From NCBI GenBank assembly GCA_021786315.1, contig JAJYNN010000003.1, forward strand, positions 67,360-131,359: DNA of 64,000 nucleotides, in the 5' to 3' direction. The position numbers were made by a program, and so were the translations under genes. Positions 28,232 through 38,624 of this stretch are shown here, piece by piece. Each line of letters opens with the position of its first letter. Position 1 is the first letter of the stretch. This DNA comes from a bacterium. Its GTDB lineage: Bacteria; Patescibacteriota; Microgenomatia; Daviesbacterales; UBA10151. The notes under the pieces are model-generated. The model did not search any database, was not told the origin of the DNA, and saw only the letters and a list, made by a program, of their open reading frames with translations.

Positions 28232-31200
28232 CTATGCTTGCTCCACCTTAGCTCTTTCGGGGCTGGTCGGAATCAAGCGACCAATGATAACATTTTCCTT
28301 CAAGCCGATCAAGCGATCGACCTTGCCGCTGGTTGCCGCATCGGCGAGTACTGTAGTTGTTTCCTGGAAGGAAGCAGCTGACAGGAAGCTTTCAGTCAAA
28401 AGTGAAGCCCTGGTAATACCCAGGATGGCAACGGACGCTGTAGCAGGATCACCTCCGGCAGCCAATACCCTTTGGTTCTCTTCCTCAAACTTAATCTTAT
28501 CAATAACCTCACCCGGCAAAAGACTGGTATCGCCTTGGCTCTCGATCCTGACCTTATCCGACATCTTGCGGACAATGACCTCAAAGTGTTTTTCATTCAA
28601 AGGCACACCCTGAGAAGAGTAGACTTTCCTGACCTCATCAACGATGTATCTTTGAGCCTCACGGAGTCCTTTAACCCGGACAACCTCTTTAATATCCATG
28701 TGGCCTGAAGCCAGTTGGGTTCCGGCAGCAATTAATTGCCCTTCCTCAACTAAAAGAGTGGCGGAAACCGGAATCAGGTATTCCCTTTCTTCAAAAGGCT
28801 TAGTGGTAGTTCTGACCCTGACTTTAACCCCCATCTCAGTTTCGGTAACAGCAACTTTTCCGGCAATCTCGGACAAAGGTGCCACATTTTTGGGAGTTCT
28901 GGCCTCAAATAGCTCTTCCACACGGGGAAGACCCATGGTAATATCGACACCGGCAATACCTCCGGAGTGGAAAGTCCTCATAGTCAACTGAGTTCCAGGT
29001 TCACCAATACTTTGGGCCGCCACGACTCCAACCGGCACACCAATCTCCACCGGCTTGCGGGTAGTCAAATCCCAGCCATAGCATTTGGCACAAATACCAA
29101 ACTTTCCTTTACAGGTGATTGGTGAAAAGACTGCAATACTTTGGACACCAGCCTCAACTGCCTCAGCAATTAAAGTTTCATTTAAGTACTCACCTTCAGT
29201 GGCAATTGTTTTCTTGGTCTTAGGATTGACTATCTTTGCCGCCACCATTCTTCCTAAGAAGCGGGAGTTAGCCGCAGCTAAACCTTCAGTCGGTACCGGT
29301 AAGGTAATTCCTGTCTTATCGCTACACTCCATCTGGCGGATGATGACATCGTGGGCCACATCCACAAGTCTTCGGGTCAGGTAACCGGCATCAGCTGTCC
29401 TGATAGCCCTATCAGCAACACCTTTTCTTCCTCCCCTAACGGATGCGAAGTACTCAAAGATCCGAAATCCCTGGCGGTAGTTGGATTTGGCCGGAAGCTC
29501 CACAATCTTTCCTGTAGGATCGATGGAGAAACCTCTCATACCGGAAAGCTGCTTGATCTGTTCAGCTGTAGCCCTGGCTCCTCCGGACTTCATGATGATA
29601 CTGACTGAGTTGGTCGGGGCAAAGGAAGCCAAAGTCTTTTTGGCAATGTCATCACCGATTCTGGTCCAAACTTCCTCGGCCAAAAGTCTCTTCTCTTCGT
29701 TGGTAATAATACCTTTCCTTAAGTTATCCTCAATTTCCATAACCTCTTTATCACCATCAGCGATTAACTGGTCTTTTTCCGGAATAATGACAAAATCAAA
29801 GATAGAGGATGAAACTCCGGAAACTGTCATTCCCCAAACACCAAAATCTTTCAGGTCATCAACTAACTTGGCGGCTTCATCCTTGCTAAACTGGTCAAAA
29901 GCTTTCATGGTCAGGTTTTGGGTATCCTTGGCTCCAAATGAAACATTCATGAAGCGCATTGGTTCGGGAAGCAGTCTGTTAAACAGGATCCTTCCGACAG
30001 TAGTCTCTAAATCTTCACCGTTGATACGGGCCTTCATCGGCTGGCGGAGCCCCAACTTACCGCTTTGGAAAGCTAAAACTGCTTCCTCAGGATCAAAAAC
30101 CCGATCCTCAATTAAGGTTGCACCTTCATCCATGGAAGTGGCGTAGTAAATACCCAAGGCAATCTCTTTGTTGTGGACCAAAACCGGTTGGGCGGATGAA
30201 GGCTTCAAGACGTTTTCTTTGGCCATCATTAAGTTCTTAGCTTCCTCACGGGACTTCTCACTTAAAGGAACGTGAATAGCCATTTGGTCTCCGTCAAAGT
30301 CAGCACCGAATCCGACTGTGATACACGGATGGATCTGGATAGCGCTTCCCTCAATTAAGATTGGGAAGAAGGCCTGGATACCTAAACGGTGTAAAGTCGG
30401 AGCCCGGTTGATCAATACCGGGTGGCCCTCCACAACCTCTTCCAGGATATCCCAAACCTCAGCCGGCCTCATTTCCAAAACGTTCTTGGCTCCCTTAATA
30501 TTGGCAGCCAAACCGCGGGCGATAATCTCCCGAAGGACAAACGGTTTAAACATCTCCAAAGCCATCTCCCGGGGCAAACCGACCTGGTCAAGCTTGAGCT
30601 GTGGTCCGACAACAATCACGGAACGTCCGGAGTAATCAACCCTTTTTCCGAGCAGGTTTTGGCGGAAACGACCCTGTTTTCCCCGAAGCATGTCGGAAAG
30701 TGACCTTAAAACATGCCCGGCACCGGCTCCCCGGCGGGTAGTCTTTAAGTTGGAGTCAATCAAAGCATCAACGGCTTCCTGAAGCATACGCTTTTCATTT
30801 CGGAGGATAATTTCCGGAGCGCCAAGATCAATTAGTTTCTTCAAACGGTTGTTGCGGTTAATGACCCGGCGGTACAAATCATTAAGATCGGAGGTAGCAA
30901 ACCTTCCTCCCGGAAGTTGAACCATCGGCCGGAGATCGGGCGGGATAACCGGCAAAAGCCTGGTCACCATCCACTCAGGGGCAATGGTTGCAGCCCTCAT
31001 GCCTTCAATTACCCGAAGCCTCTTGGTAGCTTTAATATGGCGCTGGCCGGAAGACTTTCTGACCTCTTCCCGGAGATCGGCTGAAAGCTTATCCAAATCA
31101 ATCTTCTTTAGGACCTCTAAAAGCCCTTCAGCACCCATACCGACCCTGGCAAAATCACTGACTCCATATTCGTCAAGCTTTAAGAATTCATCCTCAGAAA

Positions 31201-31927
31201 GAACTCTCAAAGGATTAATGCTTTTGACCAGGTCAGCCACAGCTTTGTAGATTTGCTCGAGCTGGCTTTGCTCTACCACTAAGTTGTCACGCAATTTCTG
31301 GATCTCCTGGCGGGTTTTCAGCTCGGCGTCAGAGGCAGCAATTTCGTATTTTTCATGGTCTTTTTGTTCTTTCTTGATCGACTCCAGCTGTTCTTTCATT
31401 GCAGCCTGAAGCTCTTCAATGCGCTTTTCCAGGTTAGCTTCAGCAGCTTTCTTCTTTTCCTCAAGGTCTTTTTCCAGCTTTTCCAAAGCCTGGGTCTTTT
31501 GGGCTTGATCAACCTCAATTACTAGGTAGGAAGCAAAGTAAATAACAGCTTCCAGACTCTTTAAGGAGAGGTCCAAAACAAGCGACAACTTGGAAGGGGC
31601 ACCTTTGACAAACCAGATATGGGTCACAGGAGCAGCTAGGGTAATGTGTCCCATCCGCTCACGTCGGACCTTACTTTGGGTCACTTCAACACCGCATTTG
31701 TCACAAATTACCCCGCGGTAGCGGATTCTCTTATACTTTCCACAGTAACATTCATAATCCTTGCTTGGACCAAAGATGTTTTCTGCAAAAAGGCCATCCT
31801 TTTCCGGCTTTAAGGTCCGGTAGTTAATGGTTTCCGGTTTAGTAACCTCACCAAAAGACCATGCCCGGATTTGTTCGGGGCTGGCGATAGTTACTTTTAA
31901 GGCTTCAAAATCTAGTAAGTCATTCAT
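28232..31927 (-). CDS. rpoC: DNA-directed RNA polymerase subunit beta'
   Basis: KPETINYRT, Zn-finger [20 protein letters not shown], (G)[18 protein letters not shown]. Confidence 0.99.
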   Translation of the reverse strand: MNDLLDFEALKVTIASPEQIRAWSFGEVTKPETINYRTLKPEKDGLFAENIFGPSKDYECYCGKYKRIRYRGVICDKCGVEVTQSKVRRERMGHITLAAPVTHIWFVKGAPSKLSLVLDLSLKSLEAVIYFASYLVIEVDQAQKTQALEKLEKDLEEKKKAAEANLEKRIEELQAAMKEQLESIKKEQKDHEKYEIAASDAELKTRQEIQKLRDNLVVEQSQLEQIYKAVADLVKSINPLRVLSEDEFLKLDEYGVSDFARVGMGAEGLLEVLKKIDLDKLSADLREEVRKSSGQRHIKATKRLRVIEGMRAATIAPEWMVTRLLPVIPPDLRPMVQLPGGRFATSDLNDLYRRVINRNNRLKKLIDLGAPEIILRNEKRMLQEAVDALIDSNLKTTRRGAGAGHVLRSLSDMLRGKQGRFRQNLLGKRVDYSGRSVIVVGPQLKLDQVGLPREMALEMFKPFVLREIIARGLAANIKGAKNVLEMRPAEVWDILEEVVEGHPVLINRAPTLHRLGIQAFFPILIEGSAIQIHPCITVGFGADFDGDQMAIHVPLSEKSREEAKNLMMAKENVLKPSSAQPVLVHNKEIALGIYYATSMDEGATLIEDRVFDPEEAVLAFQSGKLGLRQPMKARINGEDLETTVGRILFNRLLPEPMRFMNVSFGAKDTQNLTMKAFDQFSKDEAAKLVDDLKDFGVWGMTVSGVSSSIFDFVIIPEKDQLIADGDKEVMEIEDNLRKGIITNEEKRLLAEEVWTRIGDDIAKKTLASFAPTNSVSIIMKSGGARATAEQIKQLSGMRGFSIDPTGKIVELPAKSNYRQGFRIFEYFASVRGGRKGVADRAIRTADAGYLTRRLVDVAHDVIIRQMECSDKTGITLPVPTEGLAAANSRFLGRMVAAKIVNPKTKKTIATEGEYLNETLIAEAVEAGVQSIAVFSPITCKGKFGICAKCYGWDLTTRKPVEIGVPVGVVAAQSIGEPGTQLTMRTFHSGGIAGVDITMGLPRVEELFEARTPKNVAPLSEIAGKVAVTETEMGVKVRVRTTTKPFEEREYLIPVSATLLVEEGQLIAAGTQLASGHMDIKEVVRVKGLREAQRYIVDEVRKVYSSQGVPLNEKHFEVIVRKMSDKVRIESQGDTSLLPGEVIDKIKFEEENQRVLAAGGDPATASVAILGITRASLLTESFLSAASFQETTTVLADAATSGKVDRLIGLKENVIIGRLIPTSPERAKVEQA

Positions 31928-31934
31928 ATATTTA

Positions 31935-34900
31935 TTATGCTGTCTCCTCCACTAAATCTTCATCATTCGGCTCTTCTTCCTCAGCCTCTTTTTCAACCTG
32001 GTTTTCTTCAGCTGCAATATTTTCCTCTTCTTCGCCTTTTAAGTCAACTACTTCCATTCCGGCATTTTCACCTTCCAAAGATCCTTCCTCAACTACCGGT
32101 CCGGCTTCCAAGACTTGTTCCATTTGCTCCACAGCTTCAGCAACCTCGGCTTTAACCGGTTCTTCGGCAGCCGCAATGGCGATCTTAGGATTAATGGTTT
32201 CCACATTAACACCCAGGGATTGCAGTTCTTTCACCAAAACCTTAAAGGATTCCGGTACCAAAGCTTGAGGGATCTCAGTACCCTGGATAATAGCCTGGTA
32301 AGCCTTGGTTCGGCCGACCACATCATCGGACTTGATAGTCAACATCTCTTGCAGGATATGGGCTGCGCCGTATGCTTCGAGTGCCCAGACTTCCATTTCT
32401 CCCAACCTTTGGCCTCCCATTTGGGCTTTTCCGCCCAAAGGCTGCTGGGTCACCATGGAGTACGGTCCGGTAGACCTGGCGTGTTGTTTGTCCTCAACCA
32501 TGTGGTGAAGCTTGAGCCAGTAAGATTTACCGACTACGACATCCTGCTCAAAGTAATTTCCGGTCCGGCCATCAATTAACCTGGTTTTACCGGTTTCGGA
32601 AATTCCCGCCTTCTTCATGTGTTCCAGGATGATATTTTCCGGGATCTTTTCAAAAACCGGAGCCGCAACTTTAAATCCTAAACGGTCGGCAGCAAGACCT
32701 AAATGGGCCTCCAAGAGCTGTCCCAAATTCATACGGGACATGATAGTCACCGGGGAAATGACAATATCAATCGGTGTGCCATCTTCCATATGAGGCATAT
32801 CGATCTCAGGAACGATCTTAGAGATGACACCTTTATTACCGTGACGTCCGGCTAACTTATCGCCAACGGAGATCTTTCTAAGCTGGGCAACCTTAACCTT
32901 GATTCTCTTGATGGTTCCGGCATCAAGTTCATCTCCGGCTTCCCGGGACAAGATCTGGATACCGACAACAGTACCTCTTTCGCCGTGGGGCATGCGCAAA
33001 GATGTATCACGGACCTCTTTGGCTTTTTCTCCGAAGATCGCCCGGAGAAGTCTTTCTTCAGCAGTTAGCTCGGTTTCACCTTTGGGCTGAACCTTACCGA
33101 TTAAGATATCATTTGGTCCGACCTTGGCACCAATACGGACAATACCGCCCTCATCAAGGTTAGCCAAATTCTCCTCCGCCACATTTGGAATATCGCGGGT
33201 TAGCTCATCAGGACCAAGCTTGGTTTCCACAACGTCAGTGACATATTCTTCAATGTAGATAGAAGAAAGGACATCTTGTTTGACCAATCTCTCGGAGATA
33301 ACGATAGCGTCCTCGTACCCTAAACCTTCGTAGTTCATGTAGGCGATCAAAAGGTTTTGCCCCAAGGCCAACTCTCCGTTGTCGGTAGCGGTACCGTCAA
33401 TCAAAAGATCACCGGTTTTGACCTTTTGGCCAATTGTTGCCACCGGTTTTTGGTTGTAACAGGTGTTGTCGGAAGTGTTGACGAACTTACGGATCTCCCA
33501 AGTTTGCTTTTCATTCTTACCCTCTAAAGTTAATTTGTTGCCGTCAACATATGTGACAGTTCCGTCAAAAGGAGCCCGGACAATTCTTCCCATATTGTCG
33601 GCCACAACCCTTTCCATACCGGTTCCCACAATCGGGGCAGTTGGAAGGAGTAATGGAACGGCCTGGTTTTCCATGGTACTTCCCATCAAAGCCCGGTTGG
33701 CATCGTCATGAGCCAAAAACGGAATCAAGGAAGGTGAGACACCCACAACCTGTTGGGGGGAAATATCGATGTAATTGACCAACTTGGCATCGGTTTCAAA
33801 GAAACTGCCGTTGTAGCGGACAGGGACACGGGTAGCAGTGATATAACCTTTTTCGTCCACAGATACGGAAGCCTCAGTGATATAGAAATTCTCTTCATCA
33901 TCAGCCGGAAGGTAAACAATTTCCTCAGTAACTCTTGGCTTACCACCCTCTAAAACCACCTTCTTATAAGGAGTCTCTAAGAATCCGTACTCATCAATAC
34001 GGGAATAAAGCGCCAGGTAAGTCACCAAACCAATATTCGGGCCTTCCGGAGATCTGATCGGATCGATACGGCCATATTGGGAGTGGTTGACGTCACGGAT
34101 TGAGAAGGAAGCCCTCTCCCGGGTGATACCACCCTGGCCGGTAACAGTCAAACGCCTTAAGTGGTCAGTTTCAGAAAGCGGGTTGGTTTGATCCAGGATC
34201 TGGGACAACTGGGAAGAACGGAAGAATTCGTTAACCGCAGCAATAATCGGACGGGCGTTGACTAATCCTCCCGGATTAATCTCCACTTCCGCAGAAAGCA
34301 GACTCATTCTCTCCTTGATGACCCTTTCCAGCCTTAAAAGCCCGACCCAAAAAGCGTTTTGGGCCACTAGTTCACCCACCCGGCGAACCCGGCGGTTAGC
34401 CAAATGGTCGATATCGTCAACCTTGCCCTTACCGTTTTGAAGGCCAATCAGGTACTTGATGGTGGCAACAATATCTTCCTTGGTTAAAATCCAGTTTTCC
34501 GGAGTATTGGGGGTATCGAGGCCTAACTTTTTATTAATCTTGAACCTGCCAACCCGGGTTAAGTCATAACGGCGATTGTTGAAGAACATCCCGGTCAAAA
34601 GCCCTTTGGCATTTTCCAGAACCACCGGATCCCCCGGCCTCATCTTGCGGTAGATTTCCAAAAGCGCTTCGTCCTGGTTTTTGGTGGCGTCTTTTCCTAA
34701 GGTGCTCTCCAAGAAGTGATGGTCCTCATTAGTATCAACATCGGCAAACAAAGCCTTGATCTCCTCATCGTCGGAGTAGCCTAAAGCCCGGAGGAAGGTA
34801 GTGGCGGTAAACTTTCGGCGGCGGTCGATTTTAACGGTAATAACATCAGCCCGGGAAACAGAAAATTCCAGCCAAGAACCGTGGGAAGGCCGAAGTTCAG

Positions 34901-35384
34901 AAGAGAAAAGTATCCTGCCGGTAATCGGGTCGGAAGCAGAGGAGAAGAAAACTCCCGGAGAGCGGACAATTTGGTTAACAACTACCCTCTCGATACCATT
35001 AACAACAAAGGTTCCTTTTTCGGTCATCAAAGGAATGTCGCCCAAAAAGACTTCCTGTTTGTACTCTTCCTGGGTTTGCAGATTAGTCAAAGAAACCTTA
35101 ACCCGGAGCGGAGCGTCAAAAGAAACCCCCTTGACCATTGCTTCTTCGGGGGTGTAACGGGGTTTACCTAAAGAGTAATCACCTAACTCAAGTTTCCAGT
35201 TCTTTCCGGTAAAATCTAAAACGGGATTAATGGAATGAAGAATTTCACCAATGCCTTGGTTCAAAAACCAAGCATAAGACTCCTTTTGGAGGTATGTCAG
35301 ATCAAATTTATGATCAATATTTTTTCTTGTACCCCAGTAGATCCGGGTATCAAGGTTATCATTAGTTATATTTTTATTGGGCAT
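31935..35384 (-). CDS. rpoB: DNA-directed RNA polymerase subunit beta
   Basis: NGIERVVV, PEGPNIGL, GDKLAGRHGNKG, GGQRLGEMEVWAL. Start set at ATG 35384, after AAAGGGA. Confidence 0.99.
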   Translation of the reverse strand: MPNKNITNDNLDTRIYWGTRKNIDHKFDLTYLQKESYAWFLNQGIGEILHSINPVLDFTGKNWKLELGDYSLGKPRYTPEEAMVKGVSFDAPLRVKVSLTNLQTQEEYKQEVFLGDIPLMTEKGTFVVNGIERVVVNQIVRSPGVFFSSASDPITGRILFSSELRPSHGSWLEFSVSRADVITVKIDRRRKFTATTFLRALGYSDDEEIKALFADVDTNEDHHFLESTLGKDATKNQDEALLEIYRKMRPGDPVVLENAKGLLTGMFFNNRRYDLTRVGRFKINKKLGLDTPNTPENWILTKEDIVATIKYLIGLQNGKGKVDDIDHLANRRVRRVGELVAQNAFWVGLLRLERVIKERMSLLSAEVEINPGGLVNARPIIAAVNEFFRSSQLSQILDQTNPLSETDHLRRLTVTGQGGITRERASFSIRDVNHSQYGRIDPIRSPEGPNIGLVTYLALYSRIDEYGFLETPYKKVVLEGGKPRVTEEIVYLPADDEENFYITEASVSVDEKGYITATRVPVRYNGSFFETDAKLVNYIDISPQQVVGVSPSLIPFLAHDDANRALMGSTMENQAVPLLLPTAPIVGTGMERVVADNMGRIVRAPFDGTVTYVDGNKLTLEGKNEKQTWEIRKFVNTSDNTCYNQKPVATIGQKVKTGDLLIDGTATDNGELALGQNLLIAYMNYEGLGYEDAIVISERLVKQDVLSSIYIEEYVTDVVETKLGPDELTRDIPNVAEENLANLDEGGIVRIGAKVGPNDILIGKVQPKGETELTAEERLLRAIFGEKAKEVRDTSLRMPHGERGTVVGIQILSREAGDELDAGTIKRIKVKVAQLRKISVGDKLAGRHGNKGVISKIVPEIDMPHMEDGTPIDIVISPVTIMSRMNLGQLLEAHLGLAADRLGFKVAAPVFEKIPENIILEHMKKAGISETGKTRLIDGRTGNYFEQDVVVGKSYWLKLHHMVEDKQHARSTGPYSMVTQQPLGGKAQMGGQRLGEMEVWALEAYGAAHILQEMLTIKSDDVVGRTKAYQAIIQGTEIPQALVPESFKVLVKELQSLGVNVETINPKIAIAAAEEPVKAEVAEAVEQMEQVLEAGPVVEEGSLEGENAGMEVVDLKGEEEENIAAEENQVEKEAEEEEPNDEDLVEETA

Positions 35385-35432
35385 CAGTAGATGGTTCCCT
35401 TTGTTGACCTCGTCCGGCAGGTGAGACACAAC

Positions 35433-35464
35433 AAAAAAGAAGCATACGGTGTCAGTATGCCTCC
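35433..35464 (-). terminator. Attenuator-like hairpin in the rpoB leader
   Basis: GAGGCATAC-TGACACC-GTATGCTTC followed by TTTTTT. Confidence 0.6.
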
Positions 35465-35479
35465 TTCTATGTATTCAAC

Positions 35480-35516
35480 TGTGGATAATTTTCCCACAAT
35501 AAACCTTACCTGTCAA
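35480..35516 (-). promoter_or_regulatory. Putative rpoB promoter overlapped by DnaA boxes
   Basis: TTGACA-17 nt-GAAAAT; perfect TTATCCACA on the minus strand (35480-35488) and TTTCCCACA on the plus strand (35490-35498). Confidence 0.55.
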
Positions 35517-35673
35517 GAGGCTACTGCTCGAGTTTTTTTGGAAACAAAAAACTAAAAAAACTATTTTCAATATACACCCAAAGTCAACAAAAATCCAATG
35601 TCCCAGCTTACATTTTTTAAACCCTTGATACTTGCTACTTAATACGTAATACTAATTTTGAGGGGGTGATTTT

Positions 35674-35874
35674 ATGGCAAAAAAATCTAATGCCGGAAAT
35701 TCATGTGGTCTTTGCAGCAAGAGCCCTTTCTGCGGTTTCTCAAATATTTTGATAGGAATAGGGTTAGGAGCTTTCTTGGCTTACCCGATGTTTGGCACCC
35801 ATCCCGTCAGATGGGGAGCAGCATTAATAATTGTTGGACTAGCCGGCCACCTTTATCCTAAATTTGCTAAATAG
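35674..35874 (+). CDS. Small membrane protein (two TM segments, Cys-rich N-terminus)
   Basis: GAGGGGGTGA RBS; CGLC..FC followed by two hydrophobic helices. Confidence 0.65.
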   Translation: MAKKSNAGNSCGLCSKSPFCGFSNILIGIGLGAFLAYPMFGTHPVRWGAALIIVGLAGHLYPKFAK

Positions 35875-36492
35875 TTAATAGTTATTAGAAGGTCTAACCA
35901 ATAAGACTTTTGCTTTTTGGTAAAGATCTTCCACTGATCCCTCTTCCCACCAGCCGGTAATATCATTATCAGGGATTAACTCAGGACGATTTGTGGGAAT
36001 TCTGCCCGGACTCCATCGCCATCCTCTCGGCCAAAGACCCGGATCAGTCTTAGGCTTTCCTTCCCTCACTTGAATAGGTTCTTCACCCCGAAAAGGAAAG
36101 CCGATGTGGTATTCCAGCGCAATGTTAAACGATACATGATGGAACTGGTTCACAAAACCACGCTTATTGTATAAGGCCAGGGGGTCGAAAGCTTCCTCTC
36201 TGGAAATTAAATCTTTATCGTAACCGTAGGCAAAATTCTCAGTAACATACTGTGCCTCAACTATATGATGCTCAAAATATCTGGCATACCCGGGGACATA
36301 AATTTTATAGAAAACATCCAAATAATCCCAAACATCACCAGCCGCTGAAACCCAAGCCAGTCTCCAATTAGCCTTTCCATAAATTTCATTCCAACATAAA
36401 GCTTGAGTATCCTTGTTTTTACCCTGGTATCCAGGAGTGTCGGCAATCTTCCAAAGATCCCCATCTATCTGTACTTCCTGTATACCAGCCAT
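35875..36492 (-). CDS. Hypothetical Trp/Tyr-rich soluble protein
   Basis: 205-aa ORF; TGnTATAAT lies 7 nt before the ATG. Confidence 0.75.
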   Translation of the reverse strand: MAGIQEVQIDGDLWKIADTPGYQGKNKDTQALCWNEIYGKANWRLAWVSAAGDVWDYLDVFYKIYVPGYARYFEHHIVEAQYVTENFAYGYDKDLISREEAFDPLALYNKRGFVNQFHHVSFNIALEYHIGFPFRGEEPIQVREGKPKTDPGLWPRGWRWSPGRIPTNRPELIPDNDITGWWEEGSVEDLYQKAKVLLVRPSNNY

Positions 36493-36510
36493 TGGCCAGA
36501 TTATAACAGA

Positions 36511-37662
36511 CTAAATAATTTTTTTGGTTAGAAGGTTATCGTAAAGATTTTTCCAGGCTATAAGTAAGGCCCCGAATCCGAAGATGACAGCAAAGAAAGT
36601 GACAAATCCTCCAAGGATAGGAATGATTGAAAGGATTTCATAAATAATCAGACCCACCAAAAGTGCCCAGCCGCCTGTCCTTGCCTGGTGAAAAAGTTCA
36701 AAGACTTTAGAACCTAAGGCCAGTGAGGAAACTATAACCGAAAGGTATAAAGCAATTAAGTAAAGCCCCAGAATAATTAGTGCCAAAGGAATTCCAACCA
36801 AAGTAAACATCAAAATAAAGACAACAAAGGGCACAACTATCAAAGTAATAATACCTGCCACAAGGCTTAACCAGGGAGACTTAATTAAAGTGGCAGCTTT
36901 CCCCCAGAAAAAGTTTGGCATAAACCGGAGAAGAATTAACCCGACAATAAAGTACGCCAGGAGGGAAATAATTTTGAAGGTAATGCCAAAGCCCACCAAA
37001 GGACCCACCTCCCGCGAAGGCTTGGCCGGGGAAATATGCTGATTAGTTTTCCCGGAAACCGTCGCTCCGGATTGAATTTGGGCTTGGTTATTACTGGTGT
37101 AATCTAAGTTCCCGTTAACTTTTGCCCCTGATGTCAGTGTTAACTGGTTAGCTATCGCGTTCACATCACCCCCCACACTGCTTCCTAAAATTACCTGCCC
37201 CCCGCTGGCGGTAATCCCCCGGCCAACCGGACCGGAAACATCAAGCGAACCGGATGCAGTGGTTAAGCTGCCGTGAATTGATGCCTTATCAGTAACACTT
37301 ATTGAGCCCCCGGCAGCGGAAACATTCCTGTCCACCTCGCCGTTAATGGTTGTCTGCCCTCCAACCGACCGCAAACTCCCGGTAACTTTTCCTGAGACGG
37401 TAATATTCCCGCCAAGTACCAGCAAATCACCATTAACAGTTCCATCAACCATAATATTGCCGCCAGCCAAAAAGGCATCACCATTAACAGTTCCCGATAA
37501 AATGACAGTTCCACCTGAAGCAAAATAATCCCTATTTATAGTTTCCCCTTTGGGCAAGGTTGAGATTTGCGTTCTGTCAGGGCTTTGGGCAAAGACAGGG
37601 GTAAGGGTTACAAAAAGCGAGATAAAAAATACCAAGCACAAAGAGAGAATGACCTTAATCAT
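36511..37662 (-). CDS. Membrane protein with a bactofilin/polymer-forming-like beta-helix repeat and a C-terminal TM bundle
   Basis: Signal peptide, repeated 'G.V.GD...AGG.I.V.G' units, about five C-terminal TM helices. Confidence 0.8.
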   Translation of the reverse strand: MIKVILSLCLVFFISLFVTLTPVFAQSPDRTQISTLPKGETINRDYFASGGTVILSGTVNGDAFLAGGNIMVDGTVNGDLLVLGGNITVSGKVTGSLRSVGGQTTINGEVDRNVSAAGGSISVTDKASIHGSLTTASGSLDVSGPVGRGITASGGQVILGSSVGGDVNAIANQLTLTSGAKVNGNLDYTSNNQAQIQSGATVSGKTNQHISPAKPSREVGPLVGFGITFKIISLLAYFIVGLILLRFMPNFFWGKAATLIKSPWLSLVAGIITLIVVPFVVFILMFTLVGIPLALIILGLYLIALYLSVIVSSLALGSKVFELFHQARTGGWALLVGLIIYEILSIIPILGGFVTFFAVIFGFGALLIAWKNLYDNLLTKKII

Positions 37663-37772
37663 CTGGGTACCATCTTATGCTATCTAGATAATAATATCTA
37701 CAAAAGAATGTAAGAGACAAAGCAGAAGAAGTAGCGTGAATTACAGCATTAATTGTCTGAAAATGGCAAAAT

Positions 37773-38624
37773 ATGAAGCAGATGCAGCTTCTTTTGGTAG
37801 GGGTATTAATCACCTTAGTCTCCTGGGTCTTTGCCTGGGGAAAGTTCTCTCCGCTTTCCCAATACTCATTCTTTCCCCTTTGGTTAGGCTATATCTTAAC
37901 TATTAACGGGTTAACCTTAGGAATATTTAAAAATTCGCTACTTTCAAAGATGAGGTTAAGTTTCATCTGGCTTTTTATCATCTCAATCCCCTTATGGTGG
38001 ATGTTTGAAGGGCTAAACACTGTGACCCAAAATTGGAGCTACCTTTCTCCGGTATCGCCTTCTTCCCTGAAATACTTTTTAGGAGGTTCGCTTTATTTTT
38101 CCATTGTTGTCCCGGCAGTCTTATCCACCTCTTTTCTGTTCTATCTCTTGCTCCTGAAGGTGAAGCCTGTCAACCGGAGCCCTTCCGTCATCTCGCCGTT
38201 AGTTTTGGTATTGTCATTTATTCTGGGGGCTTTATTCTCACTCCTAATTTTCATTTTCCCCCAGCTTTATTTTCCCCTGCTTTGGGGGGGAATTTTCCTG
38301 TTACTGGAACCAATTAATTATCTTTTAGGATTCCCCTCGCTTTTTAAAAAAATTGAGACAGGGGATTGGAATCTGGTAATCGCCATTATGGCAGCCACAA
38401 TTTTTACCGGTTTTTGGTGGGAATTATGGAACTTTTATTCATACCCCAAATGGACCTATCACATTCCCCAACTGGGGTTCTTTAAAATCTTTGAGATGCC
38501 TATTTTGGGTTACTTAGGCTATCCCTTCTTTGGCTTAGAAATTTACGCCTTTACCAATTTCATTTTTGGCATAGTTAAAAAATTTTTAGGGATGGTTAGC
38601 TACGTTTTGGTTGTGTTCCTCTAA
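37773..38624 (+). CDS. Polytopic membrane protein of unknown function
   Basis: About eight TM segments; WWMFE..N...NW.Y and WELWN....KW.Y....FEMPILGY motifs. Confidence 0.8.
   Translation: MKQMQLLLVGVLITLVSWVFAWGKFSPLSQYSFFPLWLGYILTINGLTLGIFKNSLLSKMRLSFIWLFIISIPLWWMFEGLNTVTQNWSYLSPVSPSSLKYFLGGSLYFSIVVPAVLSTSFLFYLLLLKVKPVNRSPSVISPLVLVLSFILGALFSLLIFIFPQLYFPLLWGGIFLLLEPINYLLGFPSLFKKIETGDWNLVIAIMAATIFTGFWWELWNFYSYPKWTYHIPQLGFFKIFEMPILGYLGYPFFGLEIYAFTNFIFGIVKKFLGMVSYVLVVFL

Noticed and set aside
35385-35429. N-terminal extensions in the ORF track for rpoB, rplC, secY, rpsH, mltG and the DUF5661-like gene
   Set aside because: The upstream starts run into leader hairpins or neighbouring genes. Downstream starts fit family N-termini better.
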